DNA of 64,000 nucleotides from Somniosus microcephalus (lineage: Eukaryota). Positions 25,136-38,139 of this stretch are shown piece by piece (position 1 is the first letter of the stretch; each line of letters begins with the position of its first letter). The stretch covers positions 15,190,001 to 15,254,000 of the forward strand of contig CM126210.1 in the NCBI GenBank assembly GCA_052327205.1, given 5' to 3'. Under the pieces are notes generated by a model, which had not been told where the DNA came from, did no database searches, and saw only the letters and a program-made list of their open reading frames with translations. The position numbers and the translations under genes are program-made.

Positions 25136-26883
25136 GGCCGCGATTTCGCCTACCTCGGCGGGTCCGGGGCGGGCGGGGTCGGTAGTGGATCCCAACCCCG
25201 CTGCTGGCTCCAGTCCACTGTGTAGAATGATTTTACCATGATTGGGCTTGTTAAACCCGCCCTGTGAGGTTCCTGGCCAATTGAAGGAAGCGGGTCTGAT
25301 GACATCATTTGATGACGCGTCATCAGCCAGTTTCCTTAAAGGGACCATGCACAAATTGATTTTGACATTTGTGCTGTCAGTGTTCTACAGCATTGAGGTG
25401 CTGCAAACATTGACAAGCACTGCACAGAGGGGCACAGCTGCACACGGGCTCTCCCATTACTCCCTCCATATGCTTATAGAGGGAGTCACAGCACGCAGGG
25501 AGGTTCTCTTCCCTTCCCATGGGTGGAAGAGACCTCCCCAGGAGACCAATGCAGCCTGGTTGCCCATTGCACAGGAGGACACAAGCAGGGATGTCGTCAG
25601 GAGAACCAGGCTGCAGTGACACAAATCTTTCAATGATCTCAGTAGATCACGAAACATTACTGCAAAGCTACACTCAGCCTCATCCCGCTGTGTCGCTCAT
25701 CACATCCCTATCACTCTGCCTTCCCTACCCTACTCCTGCACATCCTTACTCACGCCAACTTACCTTGCACCTCCACCTATCCCTCTCTATCTACATTATC
25801 ACTTCCCCATCTCACTAGCCACCCTTCACACTCACCCTCATCCTAGTGCAATCATACCAACTAACAACACACAAGGGTAGGCACTTGGGTGTGTTATGCA
25901 ATGTTCATGTGAAGTTTCTGTTAATGTGGTGTCAAACATTGACATCTTTATTTTCAACACTTTGCACTCTTGGACAGATTTGTGTGCACCTTTGGAAGTG
26001 GCTTAGTGAGTTGCGGTGAATGGTGAGACATAACGGTACCCCCCGCAATGGTGATGAGTGTGAAAAGAATGGCTTGGGCATTGTAGGGATGCTTTATGGT
26101 GTTGGTGTGGGATGGTGCCAACCAGGTGCATCATGTGGCAGTCAGGGTGTACAGCATCAACTGAAGTAAATCTGGCCATGGTGAGGCCATCGCTGGCCAC
26201 CCGGGTAGCAATGTGGTCGGATGCTGATGCCCTTTGTCCTGTGCAGCATCAGTTGATTGCGGAGAAGGTTGGTGTTGTTGTTGGTGCTGCTGAAGTGCCT
26301 GGTGCTTCTGTTGTTGGGGCTGATCATGGTGGGATTCTGAGGACCAAGGTGAGATAGTTTCAGGTGAAGTTGAGATGACAGAAGCAATCTGTCAATGGTG
26401 AGAGAGGTTGTTCCAATGAGGTGACACTGGATACAGAGTTTACTCCAAACACTTGCAACCTGCATAAAGCTCAATCTGTCTTCTAAATGCAGTAAGCAAC
26501 AGCTTCTGAGCTTGGAAAGTGAACAGCTGTGAGATGGGAGCTTTTATAGCACATTTGCAGCTGTCAAGTAACGAGATCATTTCATGGTAACACACTCCCG
26601 ACCTGCTTACCTGATATGATCCCCGAGCAGCATGGAACCCATGGGCAACCTCATAAAACAGTTAAGATGAGCTCAAAATTCTATTTAACAGGTTGTTAAC
26701 AAGTTCTTAATCATTTAACTTGCCTCCCCCGCCGCTTGGTGTCGGGTCTGTTCAGCGCTGACAGACCTGGCATCTGGGAAACTAGCGTGGCGGCAGGTTG
26801 ACAGTGGGTTCCCTGCCCGCTGTCAAAAAAAATTTCCCACCTGACCCGCCACCAAATGCTGATCCCCCCAAAAAATTCTCCCC
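25136..26883. mobile_element. Internally deleted Harbinger element with Myb/SANT-like remnant
   Basis: The + strand at ~25465-25640 gives LIEGVTARREVLFP..G.KRPPQETNAAWLPIAQE.TSR.VVRRT.LQ*.K.FNDL. Ends are GC-rich (GGCCGCGATTT / AAATTCTCCCC). The left end is homologous to ~45221-45445. Confidence 0.7.
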
Positions 26884-26947
26884 AAAAAGTACAAAGAGTG
26901 GAGAGAAAGTGAGAGCAAGAGAGAGAGATAAAGAATACAAAGAGTAG

Positions 26948-27779
26948 TGTAAGACTTTCTCTTACTACTGTTCGGACCTCGAGAATTACAAATTAGCTTA
27001 ACAATGACAGACAAGGATGTGATCAATAAAATTGGTCATTGTTCACACTATAGTTCAAAATTCAAGTGTGCCTAGAAGAACCTTTGGCAATAAATTCAAA
27101 GAACTCTCGGCAATAAATATGCCTGCAACTTATTAATTCAAACTTACATAAAAGTACCCCCTTAACAATTCAAACATACATAAAAGTACCCCCTTTAACA
27201 ACATCTAAGCTTATGTCTGACTTTCATACATACTCCTTTTCTGGGTGATCGGTCAAGGGAAATTGTAAGTCGAAACATAGACTGGCCAGCTTTCTCATTT
27301 CAATCTTCCTCCTGCTCTGTCTTCTGTGTTCTTCTAAACTCTGAAAACTCCCGCCACTGGGTTATAACGCCTCGTTGATCGTAAATTACTCTCTGCCTCC
27401 CTTGGATAGGTCAATTCTACTCCAAACCTTCCCTGATTGGAGTTCCTTCCGCATGACACACTCCTGTTCCTGTGAGATTTATGAGGGCGGGACTTCCTTG
27501 TCAATCATGTTCTCCCTTCTTGTCCATGTGGTCTCTCAAACAAAGAACACATACTGACCACCATTTTGTGTCTTCACAAACAAAGAACACATGCTGACCA
27601 CCATTTTGAGTCTTCACAAACAAAGAACACATACTGACCACCATTTTGTGTCTTCACAAACAAAGAACACATGCTGATTTCCTACATTTTAAATCCGTCC
27701 GTTATCATCTTACAATTCGTTTGCAATTTCGATCTCCACACGGTAGCAGCGGTTTTATTCCACTTTTCAGAATCTTACA
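26948..27779 (-). mobile_element. 832-bp solo LTR with 4-bp TSD GTAG (ERV-like)
   Basis: TGTAAGA...TCTTACA inverted termini. GTAG at 26944-47 and 27780-83. Internal 40-bp repeats, GC box, CCAAT and TATA-like TTATAAC fit a minus-strand U3-R-U5 order. Confidence 0.8.
27537..27677. repeat. 40-bp tandem repeat, 3.5 copies, in the LTR U3
   Basis: CAAACAAAGAACACATACTGACCACCATTTTGTGTCTTCA repeated with period 40. Confidence 0.95.
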
Positions 27780-27923
27780 GTAGAGAAGAGAGACAAACCA
27801 TGATATAGACAGAGAGAACAATGATACAACGAAACTGCAGAGACAGCAATAAACACAAACACAAACATTCAGTTGGTGGCTAGAAAGAAGGAAATAAGAC
27901 AGGAGACAAACAGCAATTGATAG

Positions 27924-28135
27924 TGTTGGATCCGTGATTCTTAGAGTATGATGTTTTCCAATAACTACACGGAGGCTGTAACTTAACAATCAACAGGTGT
28001 TTACTGGAGGAGGGTAGTCTAAAGACTGACAGTACAGAGGCATGCTCAAGGCTTATATACAGGTGTGGTCACTGCCGGTACTACAGTATACAGGAGCTGT
28101 AAAAGTAGTTCTCTCTTAAAGGTACATACACTACA
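27924..28135 (-). mobile_element. Solo Gypsy LTR with 5-bp TSD GATAG, related to the LTRs at 47485 and 52230
   Basis: TG...CA ends. GATAG at 27919-23 and 28136-40. Shares the GGTACATACACTACA terminus, CTTATATAC.GGTGTGGTCACT and AACAGGT.TTTACT with the 255-bp LTRs. Confidence 0.85.
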
Positions 28136-29774
28136 GATAGGACAGCAACAAGAAGGCAAACAGGGATGGAGAACGGTAACCCTGACAAATCAAAAGATAG
28201 AGAGGAAAGGAGAAAAAAGAGAAAGAAGGAGGAGATGAAAAATATCTAGCATGCTCCGAGGTAGAAACATCTGTAAATTAGTTCCAACAAGAGTTCGTAA
28301 TAAAACATTGCTTGAAACATTGTACATTGTTACAAATAGGGCAGGAGATATCCCACTTATTGTAACAGTAAAATTCAAAGTTAATACTTGCATAATAATT
28401 GAAACTAATGTTTGGCTTGTACTAAGAATGCTTAAAATCACTATTTCAAGGTTTATTTCTCCCCCTCATTAAGGCTTGTGAATATGTTGCACTCTTATCA
28501 GTTACGTTACACAATACTGGTAGCCTCCCCAAAATCAAACATGTACATATGGGGAATTTAGTGAAATAAAACTGACTTGAATATCACTCTTTTTAATCTC
28601 ATTTTATGAAACTGTATGCGCTTTGGCGTATGGTAATTAGTATTTACTTGGATATTCTACACTTATTGAGAGGAATTGTTCATTATGATCTGCCAAATTG
28701 CCCCAGGAGGCAATCTCTATATTTAGTAGCTTACAGTATTTATGCTTGAACAGTTAAAAAGAGATGAGAGGAAGACTCTTCAGATGAGCCGACAACAGGG
28801 AGAGCAGTAAGAACAGGCTTGATAGCATTGAACAACATTTTCCATTAGAGCATCAGAAAAAATATTTCATCAATTGTGAAAGGCATTAATAACCCCAATA
28901 AAGTAAGTGCGACCTCCTCAAAGAGAAACTGTTTTTCTATTTGTTCTCGGGATATGGGCAACATTGGCAAAGCTCATCCCTAGCTCCCCTGAGAAGATGG
29001 AGGTCGTGCTTTCTCATTAAACCGCTTCAGCCCTTGTGGTGATGGTTCTCCCATCAAAGGCCACCTCCAGCTGGCCTCTTTGCGCTCCTCTGCCACAAAT
29101 GGAGGGCTGAATGAGAAGTGAGAGATTTGAGATTGAAAAGACGCACAATTGGAGGCACCAAGGGCAATCACAGTGTAAAATAAAACAAGAAAAAAGGCAC
29201 ACAAATCTCTGTGAATGTTAAAAAATCACCAGCACAGATGCTATGGGCAGACTGGTATTTTGGCCAGGTAGGCAACTGCCGAGGAGAATGCCATGTAGAA
29301 TCTTTTCAAAACGGTAGGCATGGGAGTTTTATGGGAAGCAACTGAGTGTCAATGGCAGCAGTCAGAGATTTCATCCCATAAGGTGTGACTGCTGCTAGCT
29401 CCTCTGTTGGGGGTGCCTGTGCAGATTGTACTGGAGCTGCCACACACTCAAGGGTTGACTGCAATGCTGAACACATGCCCCTTTGTGGTATTGCATATAG
29501 GCGAGGGTTGAGTGGACCCATGCAACTGAGCCACCTGCAGCACATTCTTGGACACTGGGGGAGGGGGTAATTTTAGATCTCCCCACCCGATGTGGAGAGA
29601 GGAGATTGGGGGGATTGCGGGAGATTAAAATGGGATGGAAGACTTACCTGCTGGTCTCGTGTCCCGATCCTGCTGACTGCAATTTTAAATTGCAGGCACC
29701 AAGGACACCTTCCTGCTGTCAGTGGGGTCCTTGTTTAAATATGCAAATTGCCTCCCAATGGTATAATTGGTGCA

Positions 29775-30600
29775 ATAAGACCTTGGCAATGTTCAGGCCT
29801 GGGCTGATAAGTGGCGGGTAACATTCGTGCCACACAAATGCCAGGCAATGACTATCTCCAACAAGCGAGAGTCTAACCACCGCCACTTGACATTCAACGG
29901 CATTACCATCGCTGAATCTCCCACCATCAACATCCTGGGGATCACCATTGACCAGAAACTTAACTGGACCAGCCACATAAATACTGTGGCTACAAGAGCA
30001 GGTCAGAGGCTAGGTATTCTGCGGTGAGTGTCTCACCTCCTGACTCTCCAAAGCTTTTCCACCATCCACAAGGCACAAGTAAGGAGTGTGATGGAATACT
30101 CTCCACTTGCCTGGATGAGTGCAGCTCCAACAACACTCAAGAAGCTCGACACCATCCAGGACAAAGCAGCCCGCTTGATTGGCACCCCATCCACCACCTT
30201 AAACATTCACTCCCTCCACCACCGGCGTACCGTGGCTGCAGTGTGTACCATCTACAAGATGCACTGCAGCAACTCGCCAAGGCATCTTCGGTAGCACCTC
30301 TCAAACCCACGACCTCTTCCACCTGGAAGAACAAGGGCAGCAGGCGCATGGGAACACCACCACCTCCAAGTTCCCCTCCAAGTCACACACCATCCTGACT
30401 TAGAAGTATATCACCGATCCTTCATCGTCGCTGGGTCAAAATACTGGAACTCCCTCCCTAACAGCACTGTGGGAGTACCTTCACCACATGGACTGCAGTG
30501 GCTCAAGAAGGCGGCTCACCACCACCTTCTCAAGGGCATTTAGGGATGGGCAATAAATGCTGGCCTTGCCAGCAACGCCAACATCCCATTAAAAAAAGCA
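29775..30600 (+). mobile_element. Family A LINE 3' fragment, inserted in a GC-rich MITE-like repeat (~29563-30960)
   Basis: WADKWRVTFVPHKCQ, ILGITIDQKLNW, HKAQVRSVMEYS and A-rich tail. Confidence 0.85.
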
Positions 30601-32334
30601 ACAACAAAAAATTGGTAACTGACTGCAATCGTCACCCTAGGGCTGTGTGGGGAAGGGCTCAAGGCTTCCTTGCCAGGTAAAACCTGGTGGGAACACAAGC
30701 CAGACCTGGAAGAGGCAGATATCTTTCATTTTTCTTTGTTTCCTGTGGGCCAGGAGAAACAGGAGTGTTCCATTGGGCTCCACAACCTAACCTTGGGCCT
30801 CCCTTGCTCGGTGTTTCCGTTCCCATCTGACGGACTTCCCAAACACTCATCTTAGTGCTGGGGCCATTCGATCAGTTCCCTGACAGCGAATACCTACTGC
30901 CTTGAATCCCGCTTCCACTCATCAACTAAATCTCTCTTCCCACCAGGTTCAGGCGGAAGAGTGACGTCTATCATGCAGCTGAGGCCCAGGAGTTAAAAGA
31001 GCAAGTGACATAGGGACATAGGAATTGCTCGACCAAAAAAGACCAAGGTCCATCAAATTTGTCTTCTACCTTCCTGGTACTATAAAACGATAGTGGACTA
31101 CTCATAGCAATCAATCTCTATGAATTAGTCTACAACAGACCCACATCTGATGCCAGGAAAATCCTAGTGATGAAGAACTTTGGGAACCACAGGCCCAAAG
31201 TCACCTCTTCCTCCTAAGCGTGCTACACTTGCCAGAGTTCCAGGGCTTTCTCCTAATATGGGGTGCTTTCTGTCATTGTCTATGGGTCATTTTCTCCATT
31301 CAGAAGTAGTTAATGTGGAAGCTCTCTGCATCATATGAAATACAATCTTAGATGTCAGTAAGCATTCTTCAAAGGGACTGAAAACAGGTGTAAGAAACAA
31401 GCAATTACATCCTTTCATGTTAAGTCGTGTGTGAAACAATACTTGCTGGCGAAGGAATGGATCAGAAGGTTTTTGTGGTAACTTATGCTCAATTGTAGAT
31501 GTAGTGAGGTCAAGGTGGCTGCAAATGTGCAAGTTAATACATTGCACTGTTACAAGGTATCACTGCCCGCTTTTAGCTTAACTAGACAACTGAGGACTTA
31601 GAAGTTCTTCCAGCAATGTGCGCGCGATTTGCTGATATGCTGTCCTCTGTGTGTAAGGCGCCACCAGTGGTCCAAGGGCTCAGAGAATTTCACTCTGTTT
31701 CAGAGGACACCTGCAGGATGTATTGTGAAGCTTTACTTAATTTAACTTTGGGGAGGGGGAGGCAGGGAGCAATTTTGCAGAATCTTTAGTCCAGAGGTTA
31801 AATGGATTGGGGCCGTACATGGTCCATGGAAGTAATGGGCTTGTCAGACATCATGGAATTTTCTTGTTTCATGTTTCCTTGTGTTTTGAACCTGTGTATG
31901 AATATATTTTTTTAAACTTAGGATTCAGCACTGCTTTGTGGGTATATCTAGCAAAATAGATGCTTATCCTGGAGTAATTCTTTACAACTAACTATTGACA
32001 TCATTTAGTATTTATGTGAAGAAAGGTCATTTATGTTTGCGCGTGAACTTTTTCAGTGCTGTTATATTTGATTTATTCTCACGGTTCAACATTTTTAATA
32101 GGCCTTTGAGGAAAAAATAAATTGTACTAGTACCTTTGAAAGGTATCAATGATTCCTGCAGTCCTGCCTCTGGCTTTACAAACACTGGTAAGAATATCGC
32201 AAAGGGTCCAAGTAAATTTCACCGAGCTAGGAAAGTAGTTTTAGGTTCAACCATATATTATTTTTGGCAGTGTCTGCATCTTCCATTTACCTACGTTGTC
32301 TGTAGATTTCAATATCATGACACAAATATCCTTA

Positions 32335-33054
32335 GGGGGGGAAAATTGGGTTGCTTTGCGCCTCCCGTTAGCGCCCCGAGAGGGCGCTAATGGGGCGCAA
32401 AGCACCTAGCGCCCGGGCGCAGCGCCGCTAACGCCTGCCGCAAAATTTAGTGGGAGGTTAGCGATGGCGGGAGCTGGTAGCGCCCTGCGACTCCGGCGAT
32501 GACTTCATCGTCGTGCACAGCTCCCCGCTCACGCCCTGGCAGCAAACTTGGCTCGCGCCCCGTGACCTCCCACCAGACGCTATGTCCGACAGAGTCAGGG
32601 TGCCGTGTTGGTGGCGGCGGTGGCGCAAATTAAAGGGCAGTGCCAGGCGGCCATTTTTTTTGGGCCGCCTGCCAGCACCTGCCCCCTCTGGCCTTCCCCT
32701 GTAGGGTGCCGGCCGCGATCGGTCAGCCCGGCACTCCTCGTGTACCGGGCTCTTTTGCCGCTACCCCCGCTCCCCGGTGGTCCAGCAGGGTCCCGGTGCG
32801 CGCAGCGCTAGGCCCCTCCTCTTTAATCAGGGGAGGGAGGCCTGTAGTACCACGGAGCTACATGCCGACGCGCGTGGCGCTGTTGCACGTCGCGCCACGA
32901 TATTCCATGGGAACGCCCCAAGAGGGAGGGGGAGCGCTTCCAGTAGCGCCCTGCCTCCCGCTTGGGGCACTACCATTCAATTTCCCGTGCGGGGGCGCTA
33001 ACTTTTTCCGGCCAAGTGAGCGCCCCAAAGGGGGCGCGACCCAATTTTTCCCTC
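32335..33054. mobile_element. GC-rich Harbinger-type MITE
   Basis: TIR GGGGGAAAATTGGG / CCCAATTTTTCCCTC with TTA/TAA flanks. Homologous to 42544-43075, 54680-55278 and 62214-62733. Confidence 0.8.
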
Positions 33055-33482
33055 TAATGTTTAGTTTGGATTTTATCAAATGAGATGAAATGATAATTTC
33101 TTAAATAAATCATCTCCCTATGCATTAAGTAACCGTTCTCTCTTTAAGTTACAATAGTAGTTACAAAAGATATTTGTTCTTATCTTGTATCTTTTGATTG
33201 CTCTGTTCCTATTCAACCTGGCAGCAGTCATAAAGGCAGCCTCATGTTCCTTCACTTCATTGATTTAGATAGAACCATAGGACCATAAAGTCATAGAGGT
33301 TCACGGCAAGAAGGAGGCCATTAAGCCCATCAAATCTGAGCCGGTTTTTTGCTGGAGCGATCCAATAGTAATCCCGCTGTACTAATCTTTCCCTACAGCC
33401 CAGTATTTTCCTCTTCTTCAAATATTTTTGCCTTAAAAGATGGAATGGCGTCTGCCTCAACTATTCCCTGAAGAAAAGCATT

Positions 33483-36400
33483 TTCTTTTTGTTCGTTCGT
33501 GGGATGTGGGGGTCGCTGGCAAGGCCAGCATTTATTGCCCAACCCGTAATTGCCCTTGAGAAGGTGGTGGTGAGCCACCTTCTTGAACTGCTGCAGTCCG
33601 TGTGGTGAAGGTACTCCCACAATGCTGTTAGGGAGCGAGTTCCACGATTTTGACCCAGCGACGATGAAGGAACAGCAATATATTTCCAAGTCAGAATGGT
33701 ATGTGACTTGGAGGTGTTGGTGTTCCCATGCGCCTGCTGCCCTTGTCCTTCTAGGTGGTAGAGGTTTGGGAAGTGGTGTTGAAGAAGCCTTGGTGATTTG
33801 CTGCAGTGCATCTTGTAGATGGCACACACTGCAGCCACGGTACGCCGGTGGTGGAGGGAATGAATGTTTAAGGTGGTGGATGGGGTGCCAATCAAGTGGG
33901 CTGCTTTGTCCTGGATGGTGTCGAGCTTCTTGAGTGTTGTTGGAGCTGCACTCATCCAGGCAAGTGGAGAGTATTCCATCACACTCCTGACTTGTGCCTT
34001 GCAGATGGTGGAAAGGCTTTGGGGAGTCAGGAGGTGAGACACTCAATGCAAAATAACCAGCCTCTGATTTGCTCTTGTAGCCACAGTATTTATGTGGCTG
34101 GTCCAGTTAAGTTTCTGGTCAATGGTGACCCCCAGGATGCTGATGGTGGGAGAATCGGCGATGGTAATGCTGTTGAATGTCAAGGGCGGTGGTTAGATGC
34201 ACTCTTGTTCGAAGTAGTCATTACCTGGCACTTGTGTGGCGCGAATGTTACCTGCCACTTATCAGCCCAAGCCTGAATGTCATCCAGGTCTTGCTGCATG
34301 AGGGCATGGACTGCTTCATTATCTGAGGAGTTGCGAATGGAACTGAACACTGTGCAGTCATCAGTGAATATACCCACTTCTGACCTTATGATGGAGAGAA
34401 GGTCATTGATGAAGAAGCTGAAGATGATTGGGCCCAGACACTGCCCTGAGGAAATCGTGCAGCGATGTCCTGGGACTGTGATTGACCTCCAACAACCACA
34501 ACCATCTTCCTTTGTGCTAGGTATGACTCAAGCCAGTGAAGAGTTTTCCCTCTGATTCCCATTGATTTCAATTTTACTAGGGCTCCTTGATGTCACACTC
34601 AGTCAAATCCTGCCTTGATGTCAAGGGCAGTCACTCTCACCTCACCTCTGGAATTCAGCTCTTTGGTCCATGCAATGGGATCTGGAGCCGAGTGGTCCTG
34701 GTCGAACCCAAACTGAGCATTGGTGAGCAGGTTATTGGTGAGTAAGTGTCGCTTGATAGCACTGTCGACGACACCTTCCAGCACTTTGCTGCTGATTGAG
34801 AGTAGACTGATGGGGCAGTAATTGGCCAGATTGGATTTGTCCTGCTTTTTGTGGACAGGACATACCTGGGCAATTTTCCACATTGTCGGGTAAATGCCAG
34901 TGTTGGAGTTGTACTGGAACAGCTTGGCTAGAGACATGGCTAATTCTGGAGCACAAGTCTTCAGCACGACAGCCGGGATGTTGTCAGGACCCATAGCCTT
35001 TGCTGTATCCAGTGCACTCAGCCATTTCTTGATATCACGTGGAGTGAATTGAATTGGTTGAAGACTGGCTTCTGTGGTGGTAGGGACCTCAGGAGGAGGT
35101 CGCGATGGATCATCCACTCAGCACTTCTGGCTGAAGAGGGTTGTAAATGTTTCAGCCTTGTTTTTTGCACTCGCGTGCTGGGCCCCACCATCATTGAGGA
35201 TGAGGATATTCATGGAGGCTCCTACTCCCGTTAGTTGTTTAATGGTTCACCACCATTCACGACTGGATGTGGCAGGACTGCAGAGCTTGATCTGATCTGT
35301 TGATTGTGGGATCGCTTAGCCCTGTCTATAGCATGCTGCTTCCGCTGTTTAATCCTGTGTTGCAGCTTCCCCAGGTTGGCACCTCATTTTTAGGTGCGCC
35401 TGGTGCTGCTCCTGGCATGCTCTTCTACATTCCTCATTGAAACAGGATTGGTCCCCTGACTTGATGGTAATGGTAGAGTGAGTGATATGCCAGGCCATGT
35501 GGTTACAGATTGTGGTGAAATACCATTCTGTTGCTGTTAATGGCCCACAGCATCTCATGGATGCCCAGTTTTGAGCTGCTAGATCTGTTCTGAATCTATC
35601 TCATTTAGCACAGTGGTAGTGCCACACAACACGATGGAGGGTGTCCTCAGTGTGTAGACGGGACTCCATCTCCACAAGGACTGTGCAGTGGTCACTGCTA
35701 CCAATACTATCGTGGACAGATGCATCCATGACAGGTAGATTGGTGAGGACGAGGTCAAGTAGGTTTTTCCCTCGTGTTGGTTCTCTCACCACCTGTCGCA
35801 GGCCCAGACAGGCAGCTATGTCCTTCAGGACTCGGCCAGCTCGGTCAGTAGTGGTGCTACCGAGCCATTCTTGGTGATGGACATTGAAGTCCCCCACCCA
35901 GAGTATGTTCTGTGCCTTTGCTACCCTCAGTGCTTTTTGCAAGTGGTGCTCAACATGGATGAGCACTGATTCATCAGCTGTAGGTGGGCGGTACATGGTA
36001 ATCAGCAGGAGGTTTCCTTGCCCATGCTTGACATGAAGCTATGAGACTTCATGGGGTCCGGAGTCAAAGTTGATAGCTACCAGGGCTACTCCCTCCCTAC
36101 TGTATACCACTGTGCTGCCACCTCTGGTGGGTCTGCCTTGCCGGTGGGACAGGACTTACCCAGGGATGGTGATGGAGGAGTTTGGGACGTTGGCTGAAAG
36201 GTCTGATTCTGTGAGTATGACTATGTCAGGCTGTTGCTTGACTAGTCTGTGGGACAGCGCTCCCAATTTTGGCACAAGTCCCCAGATGTTAACAAGGAGG
36301 ACTTTGCAGGGTCGACTGGGCTGGGTGTGCCGTTGTCGTGTCCGAAGCTGGTGCCGAGGTCGATGCCGGGTGGTCCATCCGGTCTTAATCTTATTATTGT

Positions 36401-36680
36401 TTTTCGTAGCGGTTTGGTACAACTGAGTGACTTGCTCGGCCAATTCAGAGGGCAGTTAAGAGTCAACCACATTGCTGTGGGTTTGGAGTCACATAGAGAC
36501 CAGATCAGGTAAGGATGGCAAATCTGCTTCCCTAAACGTCATTGGTGAACCAGATGGGCTTTTATGACAATCCGATAGTTTCATGGTCACCATTACTGAC
36601 ACTAGCTTTTTATTCCAGATTTATTCAATTAACTGAAATTAAATTCCGCAGCTGCCGTGGTGGGAATTCAACTCATGTCT
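33483..36680 (-). mobile_element. Near full-length family A APE-RT LINE (frameshifted)
   Basis: APE (YRPP, GDFNVHH, SDH), RT (NYCPISLLS, LDIKAGFD, PQGS, FTDD) and C-terminal HKAQVRSVMEYS in order, with an A-rich tail at ~33483. Confidence 0.9.
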
Positions 36681-36822
36681 CCAACAACTGTCTGTGTAAA
36701 GAAATGTCTCCCCAACCCCCCTCCTCACTCTCTAGGTGATATTTTAAATTGATGAACCCTCGTCACTGACTCCTCAACTAGAGGAAATAGGGGCAGGTTT
36801 TCATATTTTGCACTTAGGTATG

Positions 36823-37052
36823 TGATACGCTTATCAATTACTTCATAAAAGGTGATGAGTCGAAGAAGAGATGATGAGTCGAAAGAAGAGATGAATAAGG
36901 CTTTTATTAGCTAAGAAGAGACCATGCTTCTTCGTGAGTGACTGAACAAGTCTGAACGAAACCCACACAGTGGTGGGTGGAGTCAGCTGAAGCATGCCTC
37001 CATACACAGCACCACCCAGAGGTGGCAATATACAATACAGTGGTTTACCACA
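36823..37052 (-). mobile_element. Solo Gypsy-type LTR with 5-bp TSD GTATG
   Basis: Minus strand TGTGGTAAACCACTG...AATAAAAG...CGTATCA. GTATG at 36818-22 and 37053-57. Confidence 0.8.
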
Positions 37053-38139
37053 GTATGAATTGTAGCCTGGGCGGAACACGCATCGAAGAAAATCATGTGG
37101 AGCCCAATTGATTTTACATCCATTAATTCAGCTAGACAAATGCAAAACCTATTTTATCTTAACAATCTGGAGTATGGGGTGCACCCCCTGTCCATAGAAC
37201 CTTACTTCACGTTGTCAAGGCTCTCAGTCACCCGTTTTATGTCCACATTCAACATTGAATTTAATATCTATGTATGTATCTATGTGCACTTGAAAATGGA
37301 ATTGTAAAAAAATCTGAATTGAATTCTCTTACAATATCATCTGTTCTACAATCTGAAGATAAGAGTTCTTTCCACGAGTCCTGCGGATTTATTTCATGGG
37401 GAAACAAGTGCTCTTAAAGCTGAAGGGTTTCTATTTTGTTTACCAATCTCATTAATTCTTTGTAAAGGTGGCACTGCAACTGATCGTCTCCCTCACATTT
37501 CCACCATGAAGTAAAATCACTGAAAAGATTCAGCCTTGTTCCAGAGTAGTTAAACTTTTCTGCCACCTTCCTGGTCCTGTTAATTAATTTACTGGCACAT
37601 CGCCACGAGCTAGTTGTGAACAGGATACATATGGTTTTATCATCTACTGTACCAAGCGTTATAAAGTGAAATCTGTCTTAAAACCCACTGACTGCCAGTC
37701 TCAACACTACCAGTGAATGATTCAGACTTAAACCTGCATTAGATCACCTGTCCTAACAGACCACCTGAAACCAATCCCGCAGGTGTCCATTGCAGACAGG
37801 TTCCATTGAAGTCAGACGATGTTATAGAGCCTGTTATTATCCATTTGGTTCTTTTTTGTAATTCACTAAACCAAAATCCAATACAGTGCAATTCTTTTCT
37901 ATCGGATTCATCAGAGCTGACGCCACAGTTACGTACTGTAATATTATAACAACAACAACTTGCCATGATATACTGCACTTAATGTGGAAAAACATCCCCA
38001 GGTGCTTTAGAGAGGTATAAACCAGAAGGCTTATACACGAAACCAGAAGGAGAGATTAGGAAGTGAGACCAAAAGTTTGGACAGGGAGGTGAATTTTAAG
38101 GAAGGTCTTAAAGGGGAAGAGGGGTTTAAAGAGGGAATA

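Noticed and set aside
27537-27677. CRISPR-like look of the 40-bp repeats (also the 29-bp array at 17911-18190)
   Set aside because: Units are head-to-tail with no unique spacers, lie inside an LTR or MITE, and there are no cas genes in this eukaryotic DNA.
31655-31675. CTCF-like site GGACCACTGGTGGCGCC on the - strand
   Set aside because: Imperfect match to the consensus; a single short motif is not enough evidence.
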